Shown here: piece by piece, positions 27,936 to 39,200 of the stretch
Position numbering within the stretch: position 1 is the first letter of the stretch
Layout: each line of letters opens with the position of its first letter
Origin: an uncultured Chitinophaga sp.
GTDB taxonomy: Bacteria > Bacteroidota > Bacteroidia > Chitinophagales > LD1
Direction: 5' to 3'
Assembly (NCBI GenBank): GCA_964423405.1
Contig: CAYREY010000005.1
Span: 64,494 to 128,493 of the forward strand
DNA: 64,000 nt
Position numbers and translations under genes: made by a program
The notes under the pieces: model-generated
The model's database searches: none
What the model was told of the DNA's origin: nothing
Seen by the model: the letters and a program-made list of their open reading frames with translations, nothing else

Positions 27936-29114
27936 ATGAAGATATCGCCCGATATTTTTGAAGATACACAAACGGCATACGCCACTAAAAGCAACCTGCA
28001 ACTGCAAAAAGCACAGACCATGTTTGCGTTAATGAGTAATAATGCACTGGTAGGCTTTGGCAGTTCGGTAGCCAGCCTGGCATTGTCGCTACACCTGCCG
28101 GTGTCGCCGCTGTTCCGCTACACAGTATATAACCACTTTTGCGGTGGCGAAACATTTAACGAGTGTAAACGCACCATACAAAAACTGGCCGAAAGCAACG
28201 TAGGTGTATTGCTCAACTATGGTGTAGAGTTAAAAGAAACCGAAGAAGACTTTGATAAAACAGTAGAGAAGAATATTGAGGCGCTGGAGTTTGCAGGCAA
28301 AAACCGCTCGGTAAAAGCACTGTGCATAAAAATTACCGGGTTCGGCAGGTTTGCACTGTTTGAAAAAGTACAGAACAAAGAAACACTAACGGTAGCCGAA
28401 CGCCGCGAGATTGTGCGCGTAAAAAAACGGCTGGATAAAATATGCCATACCGCTGCCGATAACAAAGTAGCCGTGTATGTAGATGCCGAAGAAAGCTGGA
28501 TACAAAACCCGCTGGATGAAATGGTAGAGGAAATGATGGCAAAGTATAACAAGCACCAGTGCATTGTGTTCAACACGTTTCAGATATACCGGCACGACCG
28601 GCTACCTTACCTGAAAGAACAAATTGCCAAAGCAAAGGCCGGTAGCTATTTGCTGGGGGCCAAACTGGTGCGCGGTGCTTATATGGAAAAAGAGCGTGAG
28701 CGGGCTAAAGAACTAAAATACCCCTCTCCCATACATGCCAATAAAAAAGCAGTAGATAAAGATTTTGATGAGGCAGTTGAGCTTTGTCTGGATAACCTGC
28801 AACACCTGCATGTATGCGTTGCCTCGCAAAGCGAAGCCAGCAACCTGCTGGCCATACAGCTAATAGAGAAAAAGAAACTGGAACGCAGCACCGATAAAAT
28901 TCTGTTTTCGCAGCTATACGGTATGGGCGATAACATAACCTTTAACCTGGCCAAACTGGGTTTCGGCGCTACCAAATACCTGCCTTACGGCCCGGTAAAA
29001 GATGTAATACCTTACCTGATACGCCGCGCACAGGAAAACACCTCGGTAGCCGGGCAAACCACCCGCGAATACTCGCTTATAAAGAAAGAAATAAAGCGCC
29101 GCAAGAAAGGTTAA
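27936..29114 (+). CDS. Proline dehydrogenase family protein
   Basis: Diagnostic blocks are VYVDAEESW, KLVRGAYMEKERERA, QLYGM and YLIRRAQENTSV. Confidence 0.8.
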   Translation: MKISPDIFEDTQTAYATKSNLQLQKAQTMFALMSNNALVGFGSSVASLALSLHLPVSPLFRYTVYNHFCGGETFNECKRTIQKLAESNVGVLLNYGVELKETEEDFDKTVEKNIEALEFAGKNRSVKALCIKITGFGRFALFEKVQNKETLTVAERREIVRVKKRLDKICHTAADNKVAVYVDAEESWIQNPLDEMVEEMMAKYNKHQCIVFNTFQIYRHDRLPYLKEQIAKAKAGSYLLGAKLVRGAYMEKERERAKELKYPSPIHANKKAVDKDFDEAVELCLDNLQHLHVCVASQSEASNLLAIQLIEKKKLERSTDKILFSQLYGMGDNITFNLAKLGFGATKYLPYGPVKDVIPYLIRRAQENTSVAGQTTREYSLIKKEIKRRKKG

Positions 29115-29191
29115 CAGCCTGTAACAACAACACAACTGCGGTGTAAAACAAAAGCCTTACATTCACGTTCAGATATTGATACCAGCGAGCT

Positions 29192-30211
29192 ATGAACCCG
29201 AACCTTGATCCGGACAGAGAATTGAACCAGACCGACCTGGAAGTTGAACGTGCCCTGCGCCCTAAAGCTATTGACGACTTTATGGGCCAGCCTAAAATAG
29301 TAGATAACCTGTTTGTGTTTATAGAGGCCGCCAAACAGCGTAGCGAAGCGTTGGACCACGTGCTGTTGCACGGTCCTCCTGGCCTGGGCAAAACCACCCT
29401 TAGCCATATTGTAGCCAACGAAATGAATGTGAACATAAAAATCACATCGGGCCCGGTGCTGGAAAAACCCGGCGACCTGGCCGGCCTGCTTACCAACCTG
29501 CAGCCCAACGATGTGCTTTTTATAGATGAGATACACCGCCTTAGCCCTGTGGTAGAAGAATACCTGTACAGCGCCATGGAGGATTATAAGATTGATATAA
29601 TGATAGATACCGGCCCTAATGCACGCAGCGTGCAGATAGGGCTTAACCCGTTTACTCTGGTAGGCGCTACCACCCGCAGCGGTTTGCTTACGGCGCCGCT
29701 ACGCTCGCGCTTTGGTATTACCTGCCGTATGGAGTACTATGATGCCGAGGTACTGAAGAACATAGTTAAACGCAGTTGCAAAATACTACGCACCGAAATA
29801 GATGAAGATGCCGCATACGAAATAGCGCGCCGCAGCCGTGGCACACCACGTATAGCCAACCTGCTGCTGCGCCGCGTACGCGATTTTGCACAGGTAAAAG
29901 GCAATGGTACCATTACCCTTAAAATAACCCAGTATGCGCTGGAGGCCCTTAATGTAGATTTGCACGGATTGGATGAAATGGACAACCGCATACTATCGGC
30001 CATTATAGATAAGTTTAAGGGCGGCCCGGTAGGTATTACCACCATAGCTACCGCCGTGGGCGAAGAGGCCGGCACGCTGGAAGAAGTGTACGAACCCTTT
30101 TTAATTAAAGAAGGCTTTATTAAACGCACCCCCCGCGGCCGCGAGGCTACAGCCCTTGCCTACAAGCACCTGGGCAAAACACCACCTACCCTTGGGGGTA
30201 GTTTATTTTAG
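29192..30211 (+). CDS. ruvB: Holliday junction branch migration helicase RuvB
   Basis: [12 protein letters not shown], Walker [11 protein letters not shown], Walker [10 protein letters not shown], sensor TLVGATTR and [17 protein letters not shown]-like blocks are present, with typical RuvB length and order. Confidence 0.95.
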   Translation: MNPNLDPDRELNQTDLEVERALRPKAIDDFMGQPKIVDNLFVFIEAAKQRSEALDHVLLHGPPGLGKTTLSHIVANEMNVNIKITSGPVLEKPGDLAGLLTNLQPNDVLFIDEIHRLSPVVEEYLYSAMEDYKIDIMIDTGPNARSVQIGLNPFTLVGATTRSGLLTAPLRSRFGITCRMEYYDAEVLKNIVKRSCKILRTEIDEDAAYEIARRSRGTPRIANLLLRRVRDFAQVKGNGTITLKITQYALEALNVDLHGLDEMDNRILSAIIDKFKGGPVGITTIATAVGEEAGTLEEVYEPFLIKEGFIKRTPRGREATALAYKHLGKTPPTLGGSLF

Positions 30212-30318
30212 TTAAATAACTACCCGTAGATGACCAACAAACCGGTTTGGCACACCATTTTAAGGGGTTGTTACTTTTGCAGCATTGCTGCATTATACCA
30301 GTAACCAAAATATTACCT

Positions 30319-31002
30319 ATGAAACAACTGTTTGTACTACTAGCATTATTCGGCATGGCTACCAGCTATGCGCAGGACCTTAAACCTACTACCACACAGG
30401 CTGTATTGAAAGTGTTGGTGCAGGATGATAAGAACAAGCCGCTACCCAACCAGGCGGTTACATTTATATCTAAAACCGATAAGAAAGAATACAGCGGTAC
30501 TACCGATGCCAGCGGGCGTTTTAGTATGCTTATTCCGCCGGCGGCTAAATACAGCGTACGCTACAAGGTGTTTAACAACACACAAAACGATCTGGAGATG
30601 GATATGCCGGTATCTAAAAACCCTTATACATTTTCGTACACGCTAACCATTACCCCGCCACGTACGTTTACACTGGATAATGTTTTTTTCGATTCGGGTA
30701 AGGCTACACTGCGTGCAGAAAGCAATAAAGAATTGAACGAACTGGCCGAATACATGAACCTGCAAAAAACACTGGTAATAGAAATTGCCGGCCATACCGA
30801 TAATGTAGGCACGGCCGAAAGCAACCTTAAACTATCGGAAGAACGCGCCAATGCCGTTAAACAATACCTGGTTAAAAAAGGTATAGCTACCGAGCGCATA
30901 CAGGCCAAAGGCTACGGCGATACCCAACCGGTAGCCGATAACAGCACCACTGCCGGCAAGCAAAAAAACCGCCGTACCGAGGTGCATGTACTATCGGAAT
31001 AG
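30319..31002 (+). CDS. OmpA-family protein with a carboxypeptidase-regulatory-like N-domain
   Basis: ATG 30319 gives MKQLFVLLALFGMATSYAQ. A CRD-like segment is present (VLVQDDKNKPLPNQAVTF...DASGRF). The OmpA_C peptidoglycan-binding block is IEIAGHTDNVGTAESNLKLSEERANAV...NRRTEV. Confidence 0.8.
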   Translation: MKQLFVLLALFGMATSYAQDLKPTTTQAVLKVLVQDDKNKPLPNQAVTFISKTDKKEYSGTTDASGRFSMLIPPAAKYSVRYKVFNNTQNDLEMDMPVSKNPYTFSYTLTITPPRTFTLDNVFFDSGKATLRAESNKELNELAEYMNLQKTLVIEIAGHTDNVGTAESNLKLSEERANAVKQYLVKKGIATERIQAKGYGDTQPVADNSTTAGKQKNRRTEVHVLSE

Positions 31003-31065
31003 TATTTAATACCTGCTATACAAAATAATTATTTGCACCGGTCGTTCAGGTGTTAATAATTTACA

Positions 31066-31839
31066 ATGCGTTTACTGTTCTTCTTAATAGTAGTTATACC
31101 AGTATACACTGTTTACGCGCAGGATAAAATATTTACCATTCGTGGTGATACACTAACCGGTAAAGTAACCGAGATTGGGGATAAACATATTAAATATCTT
31201 AAACCCGACCGGCCTACCGGCCCATACTATGTGGTACGTATGGCAACTATAGATTCGGTAGTATATGCCGATGGCCATACCGATGATATAGTATTACTGC
31301 TTGGCAAACGCCGCCAGCCCAACCACCTTACCACCAACAACACACTGGCGTTAGATTTACTGGCACCGGTAAGCAACAGCATGGCACTGTGGTACGAGCG
31401 ACGGGTGTGCCAGGGGCGCATAGGTATTAGAATACCGTTGTACTTAAGCTACGGACAAAACTACTCGCCGGGCTACCACGGTATGCGCATTGGTAAAAAT
31501 TACATACAAAGCTACCCGGGCTTTGCCTTCAGTACCGGCATTAACCCAAAGTTTTACATAAATAAACACCGGGTGTTTCGGTTTTTTGCCGGCCCCGAAG
31601 CAGAAGCAGGCTACACCCGCGATGCGCGTGGCGATTTTGCAGTTGCCCGCAACCGGCGCTATTTCACTAACACATTTAATGTGCAGGCCGCCGGTGTAGT
31701 GGGTATAAACATCAACCCCTTTGCACGGTTTAATATAACCCTGGAAGGTGGCGCGGGTTACACCTACGCATTTGCCCCCGGCTTTACAAAACATAACCCT
31801 ATATGGCGCATTGGCTTAAGCATGGGTGGTAATTTTTGA
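31066..31839 (+). CDS. Secreted or outer-membrane hypothetical protein
   Basis: The signal peptide is MRLLFFLIVVIPVYTVYAQ. The C-terminal half is Gly/aromatic-rich with alternating beta-strand-like segments and ends in ...GLSMGGNF. I recognise no family. Confidence 0.45.
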   Translation: MRLLFFLIVVIPVYTVYAQDKIFTIRGDTLTGKVTEIGDKHIKYLKPDRPTGPYYVVRMATIDSVVYADGHTDDIVLLLGKRRQPNHLTTNNTLALDLLAPVSNSMALWYERRVCQGRIGIRIPLYLSYGQNYSPGYHGMRIGKNYIQSYPGFAFSTGINPKFYINKHRVFRFFAGPEAEAGYTRDARGDFAVARNRRYFTNTFNVQAAGVVGININPFARFNITLEGGAGYTYAFAPGFTKHNPIWRIGLSMGGNF

Positions 31840-31919
31840 TTGTCACAGTTATGTAATTTCACACCCTGCTTTAGCACATAAGCGTATTTTTTACTATACC
31901 TTTAACTTCAAACACGCCT

Positions 31920-32837
31920 ATGTTAAAACAACTACACATTTCAGCTATACTCCTATTATTGGCGGCAGGAACGTTTGCGCAAAGCCACCGCTTTGCCGAT
32001 AGCACAGCACAATGGAATGTCCTGGAAACACAGTATGGCTCATGTGCATGCATTTCATGGCAAACTCATATTTATAGTGTTACGGGAGATACAATATTCA
32101 ATAACCGCAACTATCAGATAGTAAATTATAGTAGCCAATCCGCTCAATACCCGCTTCAACAAAACGGCTACTACTATCTAAGGCAGGATACAATCGGCAA
32201 GGTTTACGGCCTGATAAATGCCGATAGTGCAGAGTACCTGATTTATGATTTCAATAAACAGGTTGGTGATAGTTTTATAACTACCCTTCCCCTAAACTGG
32301 CCCGGAGAAATAAAAGTAAGAATAGACTCTACAGCTAATTCATTTGAGGGAACAACCCGCAAAACTCAGTATGTAACACTTACCACAGCCCTTGGTGTAC
32401 TAAACGATATTTTTGTAGAAGGTATAGGTGCCATAAATGGCTTTTTTGCAGCACCTGGTATAGAGTACACTATTTACGACGGGCCCGATTACAACCTTTT
32501 ATGCTTTAGCGAGCAGGCTAACGTGGTTTACCACAACCCATATTACAGCACCTGTACGCTCGACTCAACCTGGTTGAGTATTAGCGAAACACTTACCAAA
32601 AATACTATACAGGTTTATCCCAACCCTACCAGCAATGTTGTTACCGTTACATTCAACGAAAGCAATCAACACGCACTATTTACACTTACCGACCTAACCG
32701 GACGTACAGTACTGCAACAATCGCTAAGCAACAAGCAATCAACTATCGATATATCGGGCATGGCCACCGGTGCCTATATTTATCATATTCAAAACGACAA
32801 CCTACCAGCATATAGCGGCAAATTGTACAAACAATAG
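31920..32837 (+). CDS. T9SS type A sorting-domain protein, function unknown
   Basis: A signal peptide is present. The C-terminus VYPNPTSNVVTVTFNES...GAYIYHIQNDN...GKLYKQ fits the Por_Secre_tail pattern. Confidence 0.7.
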   Translation: MLKQLHISAILLLLAAGTFAQSHRFADSTAQWNVLETQYGSCACISWQTHIYSVTGDTIFNNRNYQIVNYSSQSAQYPLQQNGYYYLRQDTIGKVYGLINADSAEYLIYDFNKQVGDSFITTLPLNWPGEIKVRIDSTANSFEGTTRKTQYVTLTTALGVLNDIFVEGIGAINGFFAAPGIEYTIYDGPDYNLLCFSEQANVVYHNPYYSTCTLDSTWLSISETLTKNTIQVYPNPTSNVVTVTFNESNQHALFTLTDLTGRTVLQQSLSNKQSTIDISGMATGAYIYHIQNDNLPAYSGKLYKQ

Positions 32838-32863
32838 TTGCCATTATTTCATTGCCTAAAAAC

Positions 32864-32891
32864 AAAAAAGCCACCCATAGGTGGCTTTTTT
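32864..32891. terminator. Bidirectional rho-independent terminator
   Basis: The stem gccacc/ggtggc (32870..32875, 32880..32885) has the loop cata. It is flanked by A6 upstream and T6 downstream, between convergent genes. Confidence 0.75.
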
Positions 32892-32912
32892 ATAGTGTCA
32901 ATTATTAACCTG

Positions 32913-35138
32913 TTAGAACTTCAAAATCTTAAACTCTGTACGGCGGTTTTCCTGATGTTCGGTATCGGTACAAGGCACAGCCATTTCTCCCTCGCACTGG
33001 CACTTGTTTATTAAGCGGCTTTCGCCATAACCGGCAGCAATCATACGGCGGCCATCTACGCCCTGCGAGGCTATGTAGTTAACACAGCTTTCGGCACGCT
33101 TGCTGGATAACTGCATGTTGTACTTGGCAGTAGCGCGGCAGTCGGTATGCGAGCTAAGCTCTATCTCCAGTGTAGGGTTGTCTTTTAGTATCTTAACCAG
33201 TTTGTCCAGCTCTTTTGCAGCATCCGGGCGTATAAACCATTTGTCCAGGTCGTAGTAAATGTTCTCTACCTTTATAGCCACACCTTTCTTCACTTTCTCC
33301 AGCTCTAACAGCGTATAAAGCGTAGTAGGTGCTTTTTTGCCAATAGTGCTTTGGGTAGCAGTTACGGTCAGGTATTTGGTATCGGGCTCACCGGTTTCTT
33401 TCGAACCTTCTATGCGGTAGTTGGTGTTAGGGTCCAGCGAGAACATACATTTACCATCTTTATTGGTCATGCATACTTCATCTTTGCTGGTGGTAAGGTT
33501 GGTAATCTTAACCTTAGCAGCTTCCATCGGTTCGTGGGTACGTTTGTCCTGTACGGTAACCTCCAGATTTATACCACCTTCTGGTACCATTGGTATTTTA
33601 ACCAATTCTGGTTTTTCTTTTACATCAAAAGGCAATTCGGCCGGTAAGTAACCGGGCTTGGTAGCGTAAAACTTATAGCGTTGGTTAGGGTTAGCGGCAA
33701 ACGTAAAGTCACCGTCTTTGCCCGATTTCCTTTTTCCTTTCTCTACATCTTCCAGTTTCATTACCACATCGGCACCTTCTATTGGCAGGCCGGTGCTGGC
33801 ATCGTACACTATACCGTTAAGTATAATGCCGCGTTTGGTAAAGCTGTAAATATCGTCATCGCCCTGTCCACCCTGACGGTTAGACACAAAGTAACCACGC
33901 TTGTTATCCTTACCTATTACATAGCCAAAATCATCGGCGTTGGTATTAATGGGGTAACCCAGGTTTTCAGGGTCGGTCCAGTTAGTTAGTTTGTTACCGG
34001 TTTTAACCAACGATGTGCTATACACATCTAAACCACCCAGGCCCGTATGCCCGTTAGATGAGAAGTAAAGCGTACCATCATCGGCTATGTAAGGGAACAT
34101 CTCATCGCCCGAAGTATTGATTTTAGGGCCCAGGTTAATAGGGGTACCCCATGGGCCGCCAATCTCGCGGGTAGTCATGTAAATATCTACACCGCCATAA
34201 CCGCCCGGTTTATCGCTGGCAAAGTATAGTGTTTTAGCATCTTTGGTAATTGCCGGGTGGCACACCGAGTATTCTTTATCATTAAAAGGAACCGCCTCTA
34301 CCAATTCGTCACCCCAGCGTTTCGCATCAGGTAACCAAACCATACGGTAAATTTTCAGCTTCACCGTTTTGTCGGCAGCGGTAAAGGCACGTTTGCCATT
34401 GTAGTTGCTACGATCCAGGTATAGCTCCTGCATTTTTTCGTTAAAGCACGATGTACCTTCGTGAAATTTCTTGTTCAGTTTACGACCGGTCATAATAGAA
34501 GCTTTGGAAATAGTACCATTGCTGGTATCATCTTTATAGGCTTCATATATCTGTAAGAAATTGCCTTGTGTCCAAACATCTTTGCGTACTACATACGATT
34601 CGGGCAAGCGGTTAGAGCAGAAAAATATGCCGGTGTCTTTATTCAATGCAACACCAAAGTCAGAATACTTAGAGTTTATCTTATCAAGGTTTTTCACTTC
34701 GTAAAAACCACGGTCTTTACTCAGTTCTTCTACCTTATCCATACCCTGTACACGCTCTTTCACGCTGGCATCGGTAGGCACAAGGTCCTGATACTGCTTG
34801 TAGTAAACCTTTGCCTCGGCATACTTTTGGTTAGCACGCAAAGCCTCGGCGTAGTATAGCTTATTTACCACATTGGCATTAGGTAACTGTGCCAGCGAAG
34901 CATAGTATTGTTCGGCTTTGCTCCAGTCGTTAATCAACCGGTAGCTATCAGCTATTTTTTGTAATACGTACACGTTCTGCTGGTCTTTTTTCAGCGCACG
35001 CTCGTAAAACATAATCGCCTTTTTGTAGTCAAACTGTTTGTAGTACCAGTCGCCTACTTTTACTATGGGCTTTTCTGCCTGTGCTACGCTCAGCATAATC
35101 AGGGCCAGTAAAAGAGTCAGGGATTTCTTCAAAATCAT
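32913..35138 (-). CDS. PorE-like T9SS accessory protein (TPR, beta-propeller, CRD, OmpA_C)
   Basis: The signal peptide MILKKSLTLLLALIMLSVAQA has no lipobox Cys. TPR-like repeats are present (AIMFYERALKKD, AEQYYASLAQ, AEAKVYYKQY). TolB/WD40-like repeats follow (LYFASDKPGGYGGVDIY, LYFSSNGHTGLGGLDVY, GYFVSNRQGGQGDDDIY), then CRD segments (LNGIVYDASTGLPIEGADV). The OmpA_C block is IELSSHTDCRATAKYNMQLSSKRAES...NRRTEF. Confidence 0.8.
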   Translation of the reverse strand: MILKKSLTLLLALIMLSVAQAEKPIVKVGDWYYKQFDYKKAIMFYERALKKDQQNVYVLQKIADSYRLINDWSKAEQYYASLAQLPNANVVNKLYYAEALRANQKYAEAKVYYKQYQDLVPTDASVKERVQGMDKVEELSKDRGFYEVKNLDKINSKYSDFGVALNKDTGIFFCSNRLPESYVVRKDVWTQGNFLQIYEAYKDDTSNGTISKASIMTGRKLNKKFHEGTSCFNEKMQELYLDRSNYNGKRAFTAADKTVKLKIYRMVWLPDAKRWGDELVEAVPFNDKEYSVCHPAITKDAKTLYFASDKPGGYGGVDIYMTTREIGGPWGTPINLGPKINTSGDEMFPYIADDGTLYFSSNGHTGLGGLDVYSTSLVKTGNKLTNWTDPENLGYPINTNADDFGYVIGKDNKRGYFVSNRQGGQGDDDIYSFTKRGIILNGIVYDASTGLPIEGADVVMKLEDVEKGKRKSGKDGDFTFAANPNQRYKFYATKPGYLPAELPFDVKEKPELVKIPMVPEGGINLEVTVQDKRTHEPMEAAKVKITNLTTSKDEVCMTNKDGKCMFSLDPNTNYRIEGSKETGEPDTKYLTVTATQSTIGKKAPTTLYTLLELEKVKKGVAIKVENIYYDLDKWFIRPDAAKELDKLVKILKDNPTLEIELSSHTDCRATAKYNMQLSSKRAESCVNYIASQGVDGRRMIAAGYGESRLINKCQCEGEMAVPCTDTEHQENRRTEFKILKF

Positions 35139-35186
35139 AATAATATATTTTTCAGTTACCTTAAGTGCTTAGTGTGTTAGTGCTTA

Positions 35187-36176
35187 TTAGAAGTATTTTA
35201 CAAAACGAGGGGTTACGAAACGTTTTTTGTTATACCAAAAATCGTAACCAATCATAATTTCATGTGTACCGGTGGTGTATTTGCGCAATGCTGTAATTTC
35301 GGCATCGTAGCAGTAACCAATCTGTAACTGTGGTGTTGCTTTAAAGTTGATAAAAGCATTAGCCGACTGGCCTACGTATTTACGCGATTGCTGTCCATCG
35401 CCGGCAGTGCGGTAACCTGCACCAACCCAAACACGGTCAATGAATAACAAGGCCAGGTTAATATCAAACTGTGGTATGTTTTTAGGCAAACCTTTCTGCC
35501 ATTTCATCAGCAACGAAGGGCGGAACTTCACAATAGAAGCCTCTTTGCCAAATACATAACCGGCAGTAAACAGGTAGTGGTTATACATACGAGCTATGCT
35601 GGTGTTATAGCCCGATACACCGGTTTTATCACGCAGTTTTGTAGGCATAAGGTGAGGCACCGATGCACCTATAAAATAACGTTTGCCATAAGCGTAGATA
35701 CCAAAACCCACGTTAGGAGCAAACAGGTTTTCGTTTAACGAAAAGGCATTGTCAGGGTTGTTGATGTCGGCCAGTTCTGCTTTACCGTTGTTCTGGTAAA
35801 AATAGCTGAACGAAGCCTGCACACCAAAGCAAAGGCGGTTATCGCCTTTAAGCCTTAACCGGTAGGCAAATGATGGCGTTGCAGTAAAGTTGTTAGCCAA
35901 CCCTATACGGTCGTTGGTTAAGGTCATACCCAACGCATACTGGTCGCGGCGCAGCGGTGTGTGTATGCTGGCTGTTACCGTACGTGGTGCCCCTTCCAGG
36001 CCGGCCCATTGGTGGCGGTAAATAGCCATTACGCTTATCACCTCCTGGCTACCGGCATAGGCCGGGTTCAGGAAAAGACCGTTGAACATATACATACTGT
36101 AAGCAGGGTCCTGTTGTGCTTTTACACCTGTAAAAGCCATCAGGGCTATTAATGCTGTAGTAAGTAATTTTTTCAT
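35187..36176 (-). CDS. PorP/SprF-family type IX secretion outer-membrane protein
   Basis: The sequence QQDPAYSMYMFNGLFLNPAYAGSQEVISVMAIYRHQWAGLEGAPRTVTASIHTP matches the PorP_SprF (PF11751) N-terminal signature almost residue for residue. The product is 329 aa with a beta-barrel-like alternation pattern. Confidence 0.9.
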   Translation of the reverse strand: MKKLLTTALIALMAFTGVKAQQDPAYSMYMFNGLFLNPAYAGSQEVISVMAIYRHQWAGLEGAPRTVTASIHTPLRRDQYALGMTLTNDRIGLANNFTATPSFAYRLRLKGDNRLCFGVQASFSYFYQNNGKAELADINNPDNAFSLNENLFAPNVGFGIYAYGKRYFIGASVPHLMPTKLRDKTGVSGYNTSIARMYNHYLFTAGYVFGKEASIVKFRPSLLMKWQKGLPKNIPQFDINLALLFIDRVWVGAGYRTAGDGQQSRKYVGQSANAFINFKATPQLQIGYCYDAEITALRKYTTGTHEIMIGYDFWYNKKRFVTPRFVKYF

Positions 36177-36209
36177 AAATACTTTTTTCAGGTTTACTAT
36201 TTTTTAAAA

Positions 36210-36244
36210 GGCCACCTCTCTGCCTCTCAGCAAGAGAGGTGGCC
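36210..36244 (-). terminator. Intercistronic hairpin with a U tract between the giant gene and porP/sprF (possible partial terminator)
   Basis: A 12-bp perfect stem ggccacctctct / agagaggtggcc has an 11-nt loop. On the coding (minus) strand it is followed by TTTTAAAAAA. It lies 10 nt after the giant-gene stop and 33 nt before the porP/sprF ATG. Confidence 0.5.
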
Positions 36245-36254
36245 GTATTACATC

Positions 36255-39200
36255 TTATCGGTGAATTACAACAAACTTGGCCTCGCGGCGGTTAGTACCA
36301 TCGTTGTACTCGTAAATTATGTAGTAAGTGCCATCCGGCAGGTCTATACCTTCCATGTTCTTACCGGCAAAGTTATCCTGGTAAGCACCTTCGCTAAACC
36401 ATACCTCTACACCCCAACGGTTGAAGATACGTACAGTGCCCAGCGGGCTGCGGTCTTTACATGGTATTACATAGTTATCGTTCACACCGTCACCGTTTGG
36501 CGAGAAGCCATTTGGTATAAAGCAAGGCTGTGCGGTATCTACCACTGTTATACATATGTTGGCTGTATCGCAGTAAATGTAGCTGCCACTTACAGCACAT
36601 ACCTGGTAGCTAAACTGCTCCTGGCCTTTAAAGCCGGTGTTTGGCGTATAGGTTACTGTGTTGTTGGCGTTTACTACTGCCACACCGTTTACAGGTTGTG
36701 TAATTAGTGTTACTGTAGTATCGGCAGCTACCGGTATAATATCGTTAGCCAGTACATCAACAGTTATTGGTGTGTTAATGATAGCTGTATCCAGGTCGCA
36801 TGGCTCATCTACAGCCTGTATGATACAATCAACAGTAGTAATGATAACCGGTGCAGTAGTACAGTTACCCAAATCGGTACATACAGTTACACACATAGTG
36901 TCGTTACCGTAGAAACCGGTGTTAGGTACATAATTGAAGCAGTGGTTGCCAAATGTTAAGGTGCCGTTGGCCGGCTCACACATAGCAGTTATGCTCCAGT
37001 TGGTATTAGCAGGTAGTGTTACATACTTGTCTATACAGATAGAATCGGTAGTTACACAAGCCTGTAATGTATCGTAAATCGGGTCAATAACCGGCTCAGG
37101 ACATGGTATAATACGTACCTGTATGGTAGCTGTATCACACTTAACAGGCAGGCCGTTATCGCAGATATAGTAATCAAGCGATATAGTGCTTGCTGTACCG
37201 TTGCTGCTGATAGTAATGGTACTATCGGTAAGCGCCTGTATGTTAATTAGGCCCGAGCTGCTTGGTGCGCCAATACCGGTTATACGGATAGCGTTGCCAT
37301 CTGCATCGGTATCGTTACCCAGCGGATTAAATGTTATAGTATCCTGCAGACATATAGTTTGTGTATCGGCAAGTGCAACCGGTTTAGTGTTGCATATAAC
37401 ATTTACTATCACCAGTGCTGTATCGAAACCGCACACGTTTTCGCCGGCATACGTAAACGTATCGGCACCACAGTAGCCAGGGGCAGATACATACATTACC
37501 GTGCTATCGTTAATGAAGTAAGCAGTACCGTGTTGCGGATTCACTATCACTTCATGTACCGGAGTAGCGCCTGTTATGGTATCGTTCAGCGATACAACTA
37601 TAGCTACCGAATCGCCGGTTATTACACGAGCAGTATCGGTTACACCTATAGGAGCAGCACAGCACAGTACTTCTACACACACATAACCGGTATCTATCGA
37701 GCCTGCTTCATCTACCAGTACATAAGCAAAGGTATCTATGAAACCGCAGGTATCGGTACGTGGTATGTAACGTATCAGGCCTTTCGCATCTACAAAGGCA
37801 GTACCTTGTGTATTAGGCAGGCTTACCGTACCAGCAACCCATATAGAGTCGATGATATCCGGGTCGTAATCGTTAGCCAGTACATCTATAACCACAGTAC
37901 GGTTGTAACCGGTTACAGTACACTCGTTTACAGCTACTACCGAGTTGTTGATGTAGATTACAACAGTAGCAGTGTCACACAACACCGGCAGACCGTCGTC
38001 ACATATCACATAAGTGAATGTGTCCGGATCGTAAGCGTTAGCTGTGGTTGGAGTGTACGTAATAGTGCCATCCTGGTTTACAGTAGCTGTACCACCGGTA
38101 GGCGGAACAGGTATGCTGGTTGTAGTCAATGCATCGCCATCAGGGTCGTGGTCGTTACCCTGTACAGGCACGGTTACCGGAGTTTGGTAATCGGTAGTAC
38201 CGAAATCATCAACTGCCACTGGTGGGTGGTTGTTGGTTATTACTGTAGCTACATGTATTACAATGATAGCTGTATCGCAGGCGCCTGATGGGTCGCAGAT
38301 GGCGTACACCACAGTATCGGTACCCTCTACCGGCGAGGTATAGGTTACAGTATTATCGCCGTTCAACGAAGCAGTAGCACCCGGCAGGCCAGGGCCGCTA
38401 AGTATCGTTACGTTCAGCGGATCACCGTCCGGATCGAAGTCGTTAGCCAGCTCGTTGATAATAGTTACAGAATCGATTGCAGTCATCACTTCATCATCGT
38501 TAGCCACCGGTGGATTGTTGTTGCCATCGCATGGTATTACAGTGAAGCGGATGATGTTTGTATCGCACAGCGGAGATACAGGTATGTTGCTGATATCGCA
38601 TACATAGTATTCCATAGTGTACACACCCGGTGTATTGTTGTAGTACACACCCGAACCGTTACCGGTTGCAGTCCATGTACCACCACTCACAGGGCCGTAG
38701 CTGTAGGTCATCAGGTTACCGTCAGGGTCAGATGTAGAAGCAGCTACGTTCACACCAACGGTGGTGCTGTCGCACGTAAACACGCTTATCTTCTGTGCCA
38801 CCGGCGGGTTGTTTACAGGTACCACTACTATAGTTACAGTACCGGTATCGCAGGCGCCCGATGTATCGCAAACCGATACGCAGATTACCTGGGTACCAAT
38901 CCAGTCGGTAGTAGGTGTGTAGGTAATGCAACCGTTCAGTACCGTTACAGTACCGTTTATAGTACCACAGTTAACTGTGCTTAGTGTAAGCGTGTTGATA
39001 GCATCATCCACATCGGCCAGCGAAGGACAAACCGTATCGCTGGTGTTTATCAGTATGGTATCTATTACATCGGTAATTACTGGTGGATCGTTTACAGGGC
39101 AGATAGACACATATACCTCTGCCGTATCGCAGGCATTGGCACAGTTGGTGTTGCATATCTGGTAAACAATAGTATCGGCACCGTTGTAGTTCAATCGCGG

